A stretch of 63,690 nucleotides of DNA, filler included, from Octopus bimaculoides (lineage: Eukaryota): assembly GCF_001194135.2 (NCBI RefSeq). It is 7 parts of 6 records of this genome, joined end to end, with 100 filler letters (N's around TTAATTAATTAA, not from the genome) between each part and the next. Parts side by side here need not be neighbours in the genome. Positions count along the whole stretch, not along the records: positions 1 to 30,362 come from NC_068986.1; 6 more parts are not named here. The stretch is one strand, 5' to 3'. The notes beneath the pieces were generated by a model that was not told the origin of the DNA, did not search any database, and saw only the letters and a program-made list of their open reading frames with translations. Positions 10,830 to 24,094 of the stretch are shown here, piece by piece (the stretch's first letter is position 1; each line of letters starts with the position of its first letter). Position numbers and translations under genes: made by a program.

Positions 10830-13135
10830 TTAAGTAAGGCCATTCATACCCAACTTACTTGCCACATCCTTCCATATTTTCCCGAATACACCTCACAACA
10901 GGTGTTTCTTCTCCAGCTCCATCCTGCTCCTCAGGTGATATCCAAAGCAATACAACAAATCAGGGCCAGAGATGAAAATTTCCATCGCGACACCCTTCAT
11001 TCCAGCCCTCCACACACACTCCTTCAACACTGTGACTGTGCACAAAAAACATACCCCACCCTCTTCTGAGAATCCGGACGGCAGCACAATCTCGATCATG
11101 GACTTAGCAGACAGCTGCACTCCTCCCAGATGTGACAGTACATGCTCCACATAAATTATTGAGCCCAAAAGCCCTGGGTATTGCACAAGGACATGCAGAA
11201 CAGCTTCATCATCCTGCCTGCACCCTGGGCATGCCGGTAGCACAGACAATCCATGCCTAGACAATTTGTCATGAACAGGTAATGCACTCCCACAGCACTG
11301 CTGGGTCAGGGACTTCTGGTAGCTATCCATGTACCCCGGCCCAAAAGTTCTTTGAAACAGGTTGGCTAGCTGGCCCTCACTGAGCCCCAGAGCCTCTCTC
11401 AGAATGTCATCCCTCTTAAACTCCACCAGCCCTCTACAGAATACCGAGGCGGTACCCCTGCTACTGGCCCTGCCGGCCTTGCCCACCCCATGGATTAGCA
11501 CAAGTGCTCATCGGCACTCCTTTGCCATTCAGTCATGTTACATCCTTTAATGAAGTTGGGTTTGAGTTCCTCCAAGAAGGCCAATCATGGTAAGAATCTC
11601 TCCGCCAGTGAATTCCACACTTGGTCAACATCCAGACAGAGCCAGAGGTACCTTAGCCTCAGACTAATGATGCCTGTGCCTCATTAGTCACGGCATCCCT
11701 AACCCACCCATTAGCAGTTCTTGGCAGCAAACAGAGCGCCTCACAAGCGATTTTCCTCCCCTCCACAAAAAGCAGAAGAGAAGTTATGACAACTTGCTTA
11801 GCCACAAATTAGAGCAAGGGACAACAGTCAGACGGTAGGTGATAACAGATGCAATATACACCTGCACCATCTCGACCCTCCCTTTTCAGGGATAGCGCCC
11901 TTCCAGACCAGGTCTGAACTAGAGCCCCCCCCTATCTGCCACCTCACTCCAATTCTTCTCCACCTGGGAATCCGGTCCAAACCAGACTCCAAGCAACTTA
12001 ACAGGACCTTCCATCCAGTATCCCATGGCACTGGACGTTATTGTCTTGTCACTCTAGGTGCCAAGCCGCAAGCAGATGGACTTGTACTTGTTAATTTTTG
12101 CCCCTGCCACCGCCTCATGTCCTTTCATTGTATCCTCTACACAAGGTAGCTAAGCTTCATCAGACACAGTGATGGTGACGTCATCTGCATATGTAGAAAC
12201 AGATTTACCACATCCGATCTCATTGGGGACGTCCCCCAAACACTCCAATTTCCGCAACATGGCTCAAGTGCCTGTATATACAGAAGCAGAGACAGGGGGC
12301 ACCCTTGATGAACCGAACACTCGATCTTAAACAGCACTGACAGGTAACCATTTATTTGGACTGTGGATTTGATTCCACCATAAATGGCAGTGATCCAACC
12401 AAGGAAGTCCAAGCCTAGCCCAGCCGCCTTGAAGACCACTGCCAGGTACTGGTGGTCTACCCTATCAAAAGCTTTACTCTGGTCTAAATGGACCAGTGCC
12501 CCACCTTTACCAGATAACTTACCCTCCCTCTCTAAGGAGTAGCACAGGAGATGGAATTTGTCCTGGATTGACCTGCTTGGGATGGTGCATGTCTGCACCC
12601 TCCCAACAAGTTTCTCCGCAACACACGCCAACCTCTTAACTGGCACCTTGGCCAAAACTTTAACTCTACTTTAAGTAGAGTTATGGACCTAGAATTATTA
12701 ATATGGTCCACCTTGCTTGGGTCTTTTCTGATCAGCATTACCACTCCCCGATTCACAGAGCTGGGAATCCTCCCATTCTGCTGTCAGTTTGTGTAGATGC
12801 AAGGCAGCAAGTGTGCGAACAGGTCTGGCATGCTACAATAAAATTCATAGGTCAGACCATTCAGCCCCGGCAATTTGTCCCTGGCGCACTCAGCCAGCAC
12901 CTCTTCAACCTCTGTAGCCATGATCGGCCCTTCACAACATTCTGCCATACTGTGCCAAGAGTTGCACCCCACTGGCAAGGAAGTCCTTTAGGAACTCACC
13001 ACTGTCCAGCCAGCCACTCTCCCTGAACGACTGGGCAAAATGCTGGTGCAAAGCCTCTTGCATCTCTTCCTGTCCTTCCATTTTACGCCCATGTTCGTCC
13101 ATTAAAGACTTCATAGAGGCTTCTCTGCTTCTCCA
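10830..13135 (-). pseudogene. Tx1-type ORF2 (RT plus C-terminal Cys-rich region), frameshifted
   Basis: LDQSKAFDRVDH, SVHQGCPLSLLLY, AYADDVT (12174-12193), CPGCRQDDEAVLHVLVQ. Confidence 0.85.
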
Positions 13136-13139
13136 ACTT

Positions 13140-13981
13140 CTGTCTTTTCTTGTCTTTTCTTGTGTCTTACCTTGTCTTTTCAGTTCTTGTTTCTCTTTTT
13201 TCTCCTGTCTCTAGCAGTTATTTTTGAGGAGGGGCTTCACTCTTTTTTCTTTAGGCTTGCATTCAGAGTGGACATAGCCCTTTTCACTGCACTTAAAGCA
13301 GGGTGACCTACAACTCTCACACGCAGCCCCTCCCCTATAAATACACTATCGGGCAGCCCTTCTAATATTTCTGGAGTGGCTTGGACCATGACCCTTCCAA
13401 TTCTCGGCCTCTTTCTTCTTCATCTGTAAAATAGACACTTTTTCTTCCAAGTTATGGCTGCTGCTATCCAAATTACATTGTATCCTGCTGGTATTTCTTC
13501 TATGGTAACTTTTGCTATTCTTCTACCCAAATACATTGGTAGTAAAATTATTTCTTCATCTTTTAATGTTCTTCTTGATAATTCTTTCGCTGTGTTCTCG
13601 TTGGCAAACTGTGTTTCTACTGTGGCATTCCAACATACACAATTTTATTCCAAATAGGTGCCAGAGACCTTTCAATTATGTCACTATTACAAGATACAAT
13701 TCTTTTTTTTTTTGGTTGTACGTTTTATAAACCACCATTCTTGCAGCTATGTTATGTATAATTTCCTGCAGAGGGAGCAACTTCATATCATTTCCATTCT
13801 TTTTTACGAGATTTCTGTACTTAATTCAACCATTGTCACCTTTAACGTTATTATATTCCTGCCTATGGTGGCCAAAAAACTGGATTTTTCCTTAACACTT
13901 GCTTTGCATTATTGGTTTCTTTGTTTGGTACCTTCTTCATCACTGGGCAATCTTCCTTAGACATTACGTTGAATTCCATAA
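13140..13981 (-). pseudogene. Tx1-type ORF1 (RRM-like plus zinc knuckle), disrupted
   Basis: VETQFANENTAKELSRRTLKDEEIILLPMYLGRRIAKVTIEEIP; CFKCSEKGYVHSEC (CX2CX4HX4C with H>Y) at 13259-13300. Confidence 0.75.
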
Positions 13982-14334
13982 TGTAATTTTACAGAAAAAG
14001 AAATTCCTTCAAAAGGAATTGAAAAAAATATTTTTGACAAAAAATAATTTTTGCCCAACTCATTGACAAAATTAATATTTTTTACCCTGCAAAGAGTAAA
14101 AAATCCAAGTGTTCAGATCACAATTGTTTCCAACAAAATTTTCTGCCCCGCAAGGTGAAAATGATAGTTCACAGATTAACAGCAGTTCAAATTTCAACAG
14201 GTACAATAAACAGTGCAATAACAAAGAAACATTAGATAATAACAGATAGAACTCACAAACAAGCAGCAGCCAACAGATGTAGCTAAGAGATGATTCTTTA
14301 TACAGTTCTATATTTAAGAGATGAGTAATTATGT

Positions 14335-14592
14335 ACATTATTCATATTATTTACAATTGGCGAATATTTGTCGTCATCTTGTTTGTTGTTAACACAATGT
14401 TTCGGCTGATATACCCTCCAGCCTTCATCAGGTGTCTTGGGGAAATTTCAAATCTGGGTTCTCATTCCTAAAGTATTTTTCGATGTTGTTATTATCATTA
14501 TTATTATTATTATTGTTCAGGTCACTGTCTGGAATTGAACTCAGAATCTTGGGGTTAGTAGCCCATGCTCTTAATCACTATGCCATATGCCC
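14335..14592 (-). mobile_element. tRNA-headed SINE-like element carrying a hammerhead ribozyme motif
   Basis: A-box TGGCATAGTGATT, anticodon-like arm GGG-CTACTAA-CCC, B-box GAGTTCAATTC, (AAT)n spacer, hammerhead, AT-rich ...aaataat tail. Confidence 0.8.
14391..14436 (-). ncRNA. Minimal type I hammerhead, core intact, stem III mismatch
   Basis: GACAC-CUGAUGA-A-GGCUG(GAGGGUAUAU)CAGCC-GAAA-CA-UU-GUGUU; stem I 5 bp, stem II 5 bp; ACAU where a palindromic ACGU would be expected (CpG decay inferred). Confidence 0.75.
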
Positions 14593-17500
14593 TGACAACA
14601 TCCTTCCATCTTTTTTCATATATGCTTCACGACAGATGTTTTCTCTCCAGCACTATCTTGCTCTTCAGATGATATCTAAAGAAATACAGCAAGCTGGGGC
14701 CATAGATAAAGGTTCCTGTCGCGACTCCTTTCATTCTCATCCTCCAAACACAATCTTTCATAACAGTGACTGTACAAAGGAAACATGCATCACCTTCCTT
14801 TGAAAGTCCGGTCGGCAGTACAGTCTTTATCACTGACTCAGCTGACAGCTGTACTCTTCCCAGATGTGACAACACATGTTCGACGTAAATTATCAAACTC
14901 GAAATCTCCAGACACTGTACAAGGGCATGCAGGACAGTTTTCTCATCCTGCTCACACCTTGGGCATGCCATTGACACTGGAATGCTGTGTCTGGACAATT
15001 TTTCTCGAACAGGTAATGCATTCCTATAGCACTACCAGGTCAGGGATCTTTGGTAATTATCTAAATACCCCGGCCTGAAAGTTCTATGAAACAGCTGGTT
15101 AGTTGGTTCTCATCGAACTCCAGAGTCTTTCCTAGGACATCGTCACTCTTGAACTCTACCATCTCTTTATAAAATACTGAGGTGGTATTCCTGCTGCTAG
15201 CTTTGCCCACCCTGTGGATTAGCGCGAGTGCCTGTCAGCACTTTTTTTGCCATCCAGTCGTGTTCTGTCTTTTAATCAAATCAGGAGTAAATTCCTCCAA
15301 GGAGACAGGTCATGGAAAGAATTCCTTGGCAAGCGAATTCCACACCTGGCCATCAACCAGGTAGAGCCAGAGATGCCTTAGCTTCAGTGCATGTCTGCAC
15401 ATCATCAGCCACGGCATCCCTAACCCACCCTTTAGCGGTTCTTGGCAGCAAACGGAGCACCTCACAAGTGGCTTTCCTCCTTTCCACAACAAGCGGAAGA
15501 GGAGTCGTGCCAACTTGCTTAGCCATGAATTGGGGCAAGGAACAATAGTCAGATGGTAGGTGATGACAGATGCAATAAATACCTGTACCACCTCTGCCTT
15601 TCCTTTCAGGGACAATGCTCTTCCAGACCAAGTCTGAACTAGGGCCTCCCCCCTGTCTGCCACCTTGCTCCAATTCTTCTCTGTCTGGGAGTCCGATCCA
15701 AACCAAACTCCAAGCAACTTAACAGGACCATCCATCCAGTATCCCACGACACTGGATGTTATCAACTTTCTACTCCAGGTGCCGAGCTGCAAGCCAATGG
15801 ACTTGTCCTTGTTAACTTTTGCCCCTGCCACCGTCTCGTATCCCTTGATTGTATCCTCTACACAAGGTAGCTGAGCCTCACTGGACACGGTGATGGTGAT
15901 GTCATCCACATATGCAGAAACAGATTTACCACATCCGATTTCATTAGGGATGCTCCGCCCCACCGAAAAAATCTCTCCAACCTCTGCTGTAATGTCTCGA
16001 GAGCCAGCACATACAGAAGCAGAGGCAGAGGTCACCCTTGACAAACCGATTGCTTGATCTCAAGCAGAACCGACAGGTAACCGTTTACCTTGACTGTCGA
16101 TTTGATGCCACTATAAATAGCAGTGATCCAGCCGTGGAAGTCCAAACCTAGCCCAGCCACCTCAAGGACCACCGCCAGATACGGTGGTCTGCCCTATCAA
16201 AAGCTTTACCGGATAATTTACCCACCCTGTCTAAAGTGTACCGTAAGAGATGAAGGTTGTCCTGGATTGACCTGCCTGGGATTGCGCATGTCTGTGCCTT
16301 CCCTAAAAGTTTCTCCACGACAAGCGTCAACCTTTTAGCTAGCACTTTAGCCAAAATCTTTAACTCTACGTTAAGTAGAGTTATGGGCCTAAAATTATTA
16401 ATATGATCCCCCTTGCTCGGGTCTTTTCTGATCAACGTCACCACTCCCTGACTAACAGAGATGGGAATTCTCCTATTCTACTGCCAGTTCATGTAGACAC
16501 AGGCCAGCAAGTGTCTGAACAAATCCGGCATACTTCAATAAAATTCATAGGGCAGACCATCTAGCCCCAGCGACTTGTCCCCAGCGCATTCAGTCAGCAC
16601 CTCCTTGACCTCCTCAGCAGTGATCAGCCCTTCACAGCATTCCGCCTCCTGTGCCAAGAGTCGAAGCCCTCCAGCAAGGAAGTCCCTTAGGGACTCCCCA
16701 CGATCTGGCGCATCGCTTTCCCCAAACAACCAGGTGAAATGCTGGTGGAAAGCCATTTGCATCTCCTCTTGTCCTTCGATTGTATGACCCTGCTCATCAA
16801 TTAAAGACTTTATAGAGGCTTCCCTGCCTCTATGACTCTCCACATGATGAGCCCATCCGGCAACACTAATACCTTCTCTCCCCACTGCATGTAACTTAGT
16901 TCTGACTCTACACCCTTTGTGTTTGGCTTTGAGGTAGTGGAACAAGACCGCCCTCGCCGCTGTCACTCTAGGTGCAGTGCCAGATTCCATGACTTCGTCT
17001 AATTCCTTAACTAATTGCCCTTCTATTCTAATCTTTTCTAAACTTAGCTGTTTGCTAAATCTAACAGACTCAGAACAAATTGCTCACTTGAGGGCGCACC
17101 ACCATTTATAATTGATGATGGCACCACATAATGCCCTCTGAACTAATTCCTTAACTCAGGCACAGAAAGCTTTACAAGTCAAAATAGACTTGTTCAGCTT
17201 CCAGTATGCTGGTCCCTGTCTATGACTCTTAACTAGGTACACCTTACATGTCACAAATTTGTGATCCGTGTAAGGGACACAACAGAAGCGTGGACAACTA
17301 AAAGTATCCTTATCTCTATCTCTAATGAATATTCTATCTTGATAAGACCTGTGTGAACCACCATTATTAGTCCACGTCAACTGTGGAATGAGCAGTTCAT
17401 CCAGCCTGTAATGGTCTACTAAGTTATAGCTTTTAGTAGCCTTTTGAGACTAGGATTTCCTCTTCTATTTGCTGAGCCAACACTATTCACCCATGAGTCA

Positions 17501-18095
17501 AGAATAGTGTTAAAGTCTCCTATTAAAATTAGATTCTTAGACATCACCAAGAAATTCTCCAGGTCTCGAAAAAACACAGCTTGTCTACACTCCTTAAGAG
17601 CATAGACAGCTCCCAACCTGAACGACTGCTTACTTATGTGTGTCACATCTAGGACGACCAGCCTACCTCCTGGGTCCAGAAAGACTGTACTTACCTGTAC
17701 ATCCAAGCTTTTTCTGAATAAAACCACATTTAGTGGAGTGGCTGCACTAATTTTCTCTCTGGGTTAAGTTCTAGTTTTTACCAGACCACTTCTTTTGTTA
17801 CATCCAATATATCATTTGGGTATCTCTTTTTTATCGACTCATATAATTCTTCATCGATTATTCTTGCCATCTGAATATTGGCTGGCATGTCTTGTATTCG
17901 TTTGTACACAAACACTCCTCAGTAACTAGCAAAAATACTAGTTATTACCTGTTTTTTTTCATTGTATTTGATATATTTTCCTTTTTGTTGGGGGGGGGGT
18001 TGAGGGTTTCAATTTGGGAGTGGAATGGGGAACTTTTTTCTGTGTATCTGCATGTGTAGTTATTGTTTTCTTTGTTAGGGGAGGGGAGTCAGGGG
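14593..18095 (-). mobile_element. Tx1/L1-type LINE copy B (ORF1 tail, APE, RT, C-terminus), disrupted
   Basis: APE: LILIGDFNTILD, TWTN..SYQDRIF, YTDHKFV, YWKLN; RT: NFRPITLLNVELKILAK, VSAYVDDITI. Confidence 0.9.
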
Positions 18096-18537
18096 CATCC
18101 TTCCATCTTTCCTCATATATGCTTCGTGACAGATGTTTTCTCTCCAGCACTATCTTGCTCTTCAGATGATATCTAAAGAAATACAGCAAGCTGGGGCCAT
18201 AGATAAAGGTTCCTGTTGCTACTCCTTTCATTCTCGTTCTCCAAACACACTCTTTCATAACAGTGACTGTACAAAGAAAACATGCCTCACCTTCCTTTGA
18301 AAATCCAGTTGGTGGTACAATCTTTATCACAGACTCAGCTGACAGCTGTACTCTTCCCAGATACGACAACATGTGTTCAACGTAAATTATCAAACCTGAA
18401 ATCTCCAGACACTATACAAGGGCATGCAGGACAGTTTCCTCATCCTGCCCACACCTTGGGCATGCCGTTGACACTGGAATGCCGTGTCTGGACAATTTTT
18501 CTCGAACAGGTAATGCATTCCTATAGCACTACCAGGT
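18096..18537 (-). mobile_element. Tx1-type copy C: 442-bp 3' fragment, direct repeat of 14599-15040
   Basis: Colinear with 14599-15040, about 90% identical by eye. Confidence 0.9.
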
Positions 18538-18782
18538 GCTATCGGGTGGCTTTTAACCTAGCTCCTTTGGAGGGCTCTTCATTTGGCCTTGGGCCCAACA
18601 ATGACACTTCATGCATTGAGTACATATCAAATTTTATTAATCTTGACCAATATTTTTCAAGCAATGGACAATTTTCCTCAAAACAATGATATAATTTGTC
18701 GACTTGGAACTTATTGCAAAGCTGCATGATAAACAACATATTTAGTCTTTCCATTCAGGGATCAGCACAATTTTTTTCTATC

Positions 18783-18791
18783 TAACCTCTT

Positions 18792-18836
<45 letters not shown>

Positions 18837-19150
18837 CTGTTGATTGTTTTCAACCACCACCATTGCCACCACAACTGCCATACACACACCATTCAGATTT
18901 CTGATGCCACTACCATCAATATCTTTGACTTCGCTGCCTTCCTCTCCACTACCATCGCCACTATCTTTCAGATCGCTTACTATCACCATCATCCCTGACT
19001 GCCTCAGCTACCACTACCACCACCACCACCACCACCACCATCATTGTCGCCTCTATCACAACTACAGCTCATACAATTACTATTGCCCCATTACCATCAC
19101 AACCGTCAATCTACTACTGCCCTCACCATCTCTATGCCTACTATTACTCT
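18783..19150. repeat. (TC)n followed by CAC/ACT trinucleotide mosaic
   Basis: Directly visible. Confidence 0.9.
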
Positions 19151-19479
19151 CACCCCAACATGAGGAATAGTAGAGGTGTCATTGAATATTGATATGTAAA
19201 TGTAAGATCCAAGGATCCAGGTGTAGGAAGTTAGTAAGCTTTAAGCAATCCATAGAAGGTATAAAAAGCAGTTTTCAGGAACAATAGTAGTTTACTGATT
19301 TATTTACATTATTACTGTAGTGTATTGGTTGTAAATTTTTCTCATATTGAAGTTCAATAAGCTGAAAACAGGTATTTTATAGTTCATGGCTAGATAATAG
19401 ATGCCTCACAAAAAATATTAATATTGCATTCAAATGCATAATATCAACTGAGAATTTCAATTATGTATACATTGGCTCT

Positions 19480-19770
19480 TGCAGCACCACCTTGAAGGTC
19501 AAAGTGGGTAATCACTATTCTAGCTTCAAATTCCAAGCAAGAACTAACAGCACTTCTTTATCTCAGCTAATTCATAACCTAAAACAAAACTCAATTCTAT
19601 ATAATTTAGAATGGTTCATAGTTACCCTTGCCAAACTGTATAATGTTTATAACAACAAATGTAGTCTATGCATTGTGGAAGTTTTTTCTATTATGCAATC
19701 CACCAATTGCCTGAATGAATGAAACCATCCAATTTTTAATTGTAAATACCAACTATGTAACACATTCTCA
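19480..19770 (+). pseudogene. PLE GIY-YIG C-terminal remnant
   Basis: TSLSQLIHNLKQ..LEWFIV..Y..NKCSLCIVE..CLNE matches the C-terminus seen at 5008-5260 and 8190-8400. Confidence 0.7.
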
Positions 19771-21489
19771 AAGTACAAATAATAGCATCCCATCTGTTAT
19801 TCCCTAACTATTCCTCCAGCCCCACCTGCAGCTCTTTTATGTACATATAACTGACAACCTTTTTTTAACCTCAGGATCGCCCTGCATCTTCCTACTGCAT
19901 ATGAACATATGCAGGCACTTATGCGTGCATGCACATCTCTAGGATACTACAGGTGCACAGAGAAAATATGCATGTGCATGCTAATATGTCTATGCATAAT
20001 TTTGCTGTTAAGTGATAAACCACCAATTTACCTGTGTTCCCCTATTGACCAGAAACTTTAGCTCCCACCTTCCTGTCTTTCTCTTCAACAAATTTCAATT
20101 TACTACCACCCCTACATTTTTTCTTTCTCTTCTCCTGGCAATTTTACCTCTAAAATTCTTCCTTTGTATTTTCTTCAATTCTGTTTAAATGTATATACAT
20201 GGGTGCAAAAATATTTATTTATTTAAAGTTGACATACATCGGTGGTGCCCCAGCATGACTGCAGCTTTGAAGCTGAAACAGTTTGAAGATTTTAAAGACA
20301 GTAAATGACCCCAGCCTTATATTCACAAAGACCTTCCTCTAGTCAGCTTCAATTTAAACAAGTTTTTCCCCACTCTTACCCCTCTCCTTTTCTTTATTCT
20401 TATTCTTTTTTTTAACTTTAGACATTTGCCCACTTCTAAATCTTATTTCTTCATACATTTGTTTTTCTTTTCTTTTTAGTTCTCTCACTCCATGCTTTCC
20501 ACTCAATTTCAATCAAGTCTCCTGCAAGTTAACTTGAGATCCCTTGGTTCCCTACACATAAAAAAAGTGGAATGGTCACAGCTGGAATATTTTTGATCAT
20601 AGACTTGTTCAGTCAGATAACAACAACAATGATAGAGAGAAATAGTAATTTGTTTCTTTAGTGTAAACAGTAGAAACACTGTAATTAGTCTGCAATGCCA
20701 AACTAAAATCCTCTGATGGGCAAAACCTACAATAGACAAACATCTTACTTGTGTAAAGAAATACCACTGTCATGGGTTGTTATTGGCTGTGTTGCCAAAG
20801 TCATGGTGATTGTTCTGTTTTATTAATGGTTGTTTTAATGAATAAAAATGTTTTTTGGCTGCAAGAAGTAAGTGAACAACACCCATGAACATTTAACAGA
20901 AGAATTTACTGTTGCACATAAAGAAAAACTGTGCCAACCAGCTACAGTTACTAACAGCAATAATTACAGACTGGGAGAGAAGGAAAAATTGTGCTACTTT
21001 CGAAGAAGTTACTTGTGAAACATTGTCTGTTTTGGAACTTGGAGTTGTCTGCACAAATGTTTAGAACCATCAAGATGTGGTAAGAATGGAGATACATATA
21101 ACTCAGCATTCTGCAAAGAGTTTAGGCGCTAAAATGGCATTTTTTATAGGGTACAAGAAGATTGATACTGATTGGTTGTCTCATAGACCAATCACATGAA
21201 ACTATTGTGGTTCAGTCATAGTGTCTCACTGGTTACCTAGTGGTTTGGTTTTGAATCACCCCTACACCACCTATACTATTATTTATCATAAATCTAACCT
21301 TTCCTTGATGATATATAATAATGGTTTCTCATAGACTTGGAAGAAAAGGGACAGAAAATTAAGTGAGAGGAGATATTGTGGTCATTATACCAAGAGCATT
21401 TGTAGCCTGAGTTTAAAATTCATATAATTCCCCAAACTCTCAACTTATCAGTTTAAAGAATTAAAAAAATGATAATACATCATCTTCAT

Positions 21490-22990
21490 TACATTGATGC
21501 ATCATCATCATTGTTTAATATCCACTTTCCATGCTGGCATGGGTTGAATGGTTTTACTGAGGACTGGCAAGCCAGGAAGCTGCACCAGGCTCCAATCTGT
21601 TTTGGCAAGGTTTCTACAGCTGGATGCCCATACTAACAACAACCACTCTGAGAGTGCTTTTTACATGCCACTGGCACAGGGGCCAATCAGGCAGCACTGG
21701 CATTGACCATGCTCAAATGGTGCTTTTTACGTGCCACTAGCACTGGCATCAGCCATGACAACGATTTCACTTGACTCAACAGGTCTTCTTAAGCACAAGA
21801 TATTGCCCGATGATTGAAGGGTACTTTTAAACAGGCCGGTTATATGACGCTGGCATTGGCCACAGCTACAATCTCACTTGGCTTGCCGGGTCTTCTCAAG
21901 CACAGCATATCTCCAAAGGTCTCGGTTGCTTGTCATTGCTTCTGTGAGGCACAATGTTCAAAGGTCAAGCTTCACCACCTCATCTCAAGTCTTCCTGAGT
22001 CTACCTCTTCCACAGGTTTCCTCCACTGTTAGGGTGTGACACTTCACACAGCTGTCCTCATCCACATCTTGCACACCACATCTGATGCTTCTTATGTCCA
22101 ACTTTTCTCTCAGGGCACTTACACTCTGTTGTGTATGCACACTGACATTACACATCCAGCAGAGCATAGTAGCTTCATTTCTTTCAAGCCTATGCATGTC
22201 CTCAGCAGTCACAGCCCATGTTTCATTACCATGAAGCATGGCTGTTTGCACACATGCATCACACAATCTACCTTTCACTCTGAGCAAGAGGCCCTTTGTT
22301 ACTAGCAGAAGTAGGAGCTCTCTGAACTTTGTCCAGGCTATTCTTATTCTAGTAGCTACACTCTCAGAGTATCCACTCCCACTACTGACTTGGTCACCTA
22401 AGTAACAAAAGCTATCAACTACTAGTTTTTCCCTCTAGCATGTGATGGTATCTGTTCTCTGTACATCTTTGGTGTTTATTACCCCTGTGCATCTGCCACA
22501 CACAAAAACTATCTTCCCAGTTAGTCTTCCTTTGATATTGCTGCACCCCATGTGTCTATAGCTTACACAGGATACATCTTATGGAATTTCTACCTATGTC
22601 TTTTCTACAGATCCAGCAGGGCATCTACCTGAAGGGATTTGTGATATCCCTAGTTTCTGCATTGACCACCAAATATGGGATCAGGGTACTATGTCAAAGG
22701 CTTTCTCCATGTCAATGAAAGCCAAGTACAGACGTTTATCTTTGGCTTGGAATTGCTCCTGCAGCTGTCTTACCAGAAATGTAGCAGCAGTGGTGCTTCT
22801 TCCTGACACAGACCCAAACTGCATCTCATCTGGAGTCTCTCCCTAATTAGTGACTTTCATCACCTGGTCCAACAATTTGATACCTCTGTAGTTATGCCTA
22901 TCTAATGCATCACCTTTACTTTTGTAGCAGTTGACTACGGTGCTGTTACACCAGTCATTGTATGACTCCATGTATCACCTGGTTGACTAT
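21490..22990 (-). mobile_element. Older RTE LINE fragment (RT to 3' tail)
   Basis: LRVKGRLCDACVQTAMLHGNE; DMEKAFD-like segment ~22700; CATCAT tail at ~21500. Confidence 0.85.
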
Positions 22991-24094
22991 ACGGGTAACA
23001 TAGTTACAAAGTTATTGGGAAAGATACCGTGCTTTGAATTGCTGTCATATTTAATAAAATTAAGATAAATTTAAACTTTTTGAACTTACTAATACCATGG
23101 CAAATAAAAAAGAATTATGGATGTGTAAATTCTGTTTTGTCTTATTAAGAGGTTGAAAAAGATTTTACTAATCTTTTGGTAGGTAAGGCATGGTATTTGT
23201 CAGTTTGAGTACTGCTGCCCTACTCTACTGAAATACAGCTAGATGCATTGAGCCATTTAACAGTGAAGTATTTGGGCTGTGAAATAATACACTTCAGCAC
23301 AAGATATGAAACAGGTTGTCCAATGCCTTATTGACTTATAGCAGATGCTTTCAATAAAAAAATCATGTAAGGATTAATAAGTTTCTGAGTCACCACCAAG
23401 TGCTTTATGATCATGTAGTAAGTATGTAATAAGTTAAGTTAAAGTATTATTTACTGAACAGCCGATTAACTAGACTGTAAATCACAGACATATGGAGTAA
23501 TTGAAATGAAATCAAACCTGAATTTCAGAATCAGCTTGCTGGGAGATTACTACAATCATACAAAAAATTACATACAGAAATCAAAGAAAATAGCATAAAA
23601 GTTTATTAATAGCACACACTGAATACATACTCCTGGTTGCTGCTTGGTTACTTTTTTTAGAAATGAATTATTTCCAAATGCAAAGGGAGCCTGAGAAGGT
23701 TTGTGAGGCTGGGCTGCTCATTGTGCAGACCAATGAGAAAGTTATGTCTAATGAAGAAAGTGATGAAAATTTAATTTATTAAACCAATCCATGTAATTCA
23801 TAGATATAGAAAATAGATCCATCTAAAAAAAAAAAAATCAAGTGACCAATGCCTTGTGAGTGAATTTGGTAGGGGGAAATAAATTGTGTAGAAGCCCATT
23901 GTGTGTGTATATACCATGCTTGTTTTAAATAAGTGAGCTCTCCATGGTTTCAGAGTTCATCTGCAAAGCTGGTACTTCCCAGTACAATAATTATATTATA
24001 TGTATAAATATATCCATATATGTTCCTAAACTTGCCTGCACAGTTCATGCTTTGGATGGCCGCTAATATTATTTACTAGTAATAACTCAATATA

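Larger units (their letters stand above)
10745..14330 (-). mobile_element. Tx1/L1-type LINE copy A (5' UTR, ORF1, internal deletion of APE, RT, 3' UTR)
   Basis: ORF1-like and RT-like peptides in order on the minus strand; ORF2 ends ...WKDVASKLGMNGLT* at 10830. Confidence 0.85.

Noticed and set aside
18539-18754. Minus-strand ORF LCNKFQVDKLYHCFEE.. with faint BTB-like flavour after a plausible acceptor
   Set aside because: No convincing donor, partner exon or recognisable family
20900-21079. Open frame QLLTAIITDWERRKNCATFEE.. (death-domain-like) and donor at 21080
   Set aside because: Weak acceptor, and the open frame ends before the donor; resemblance too vague
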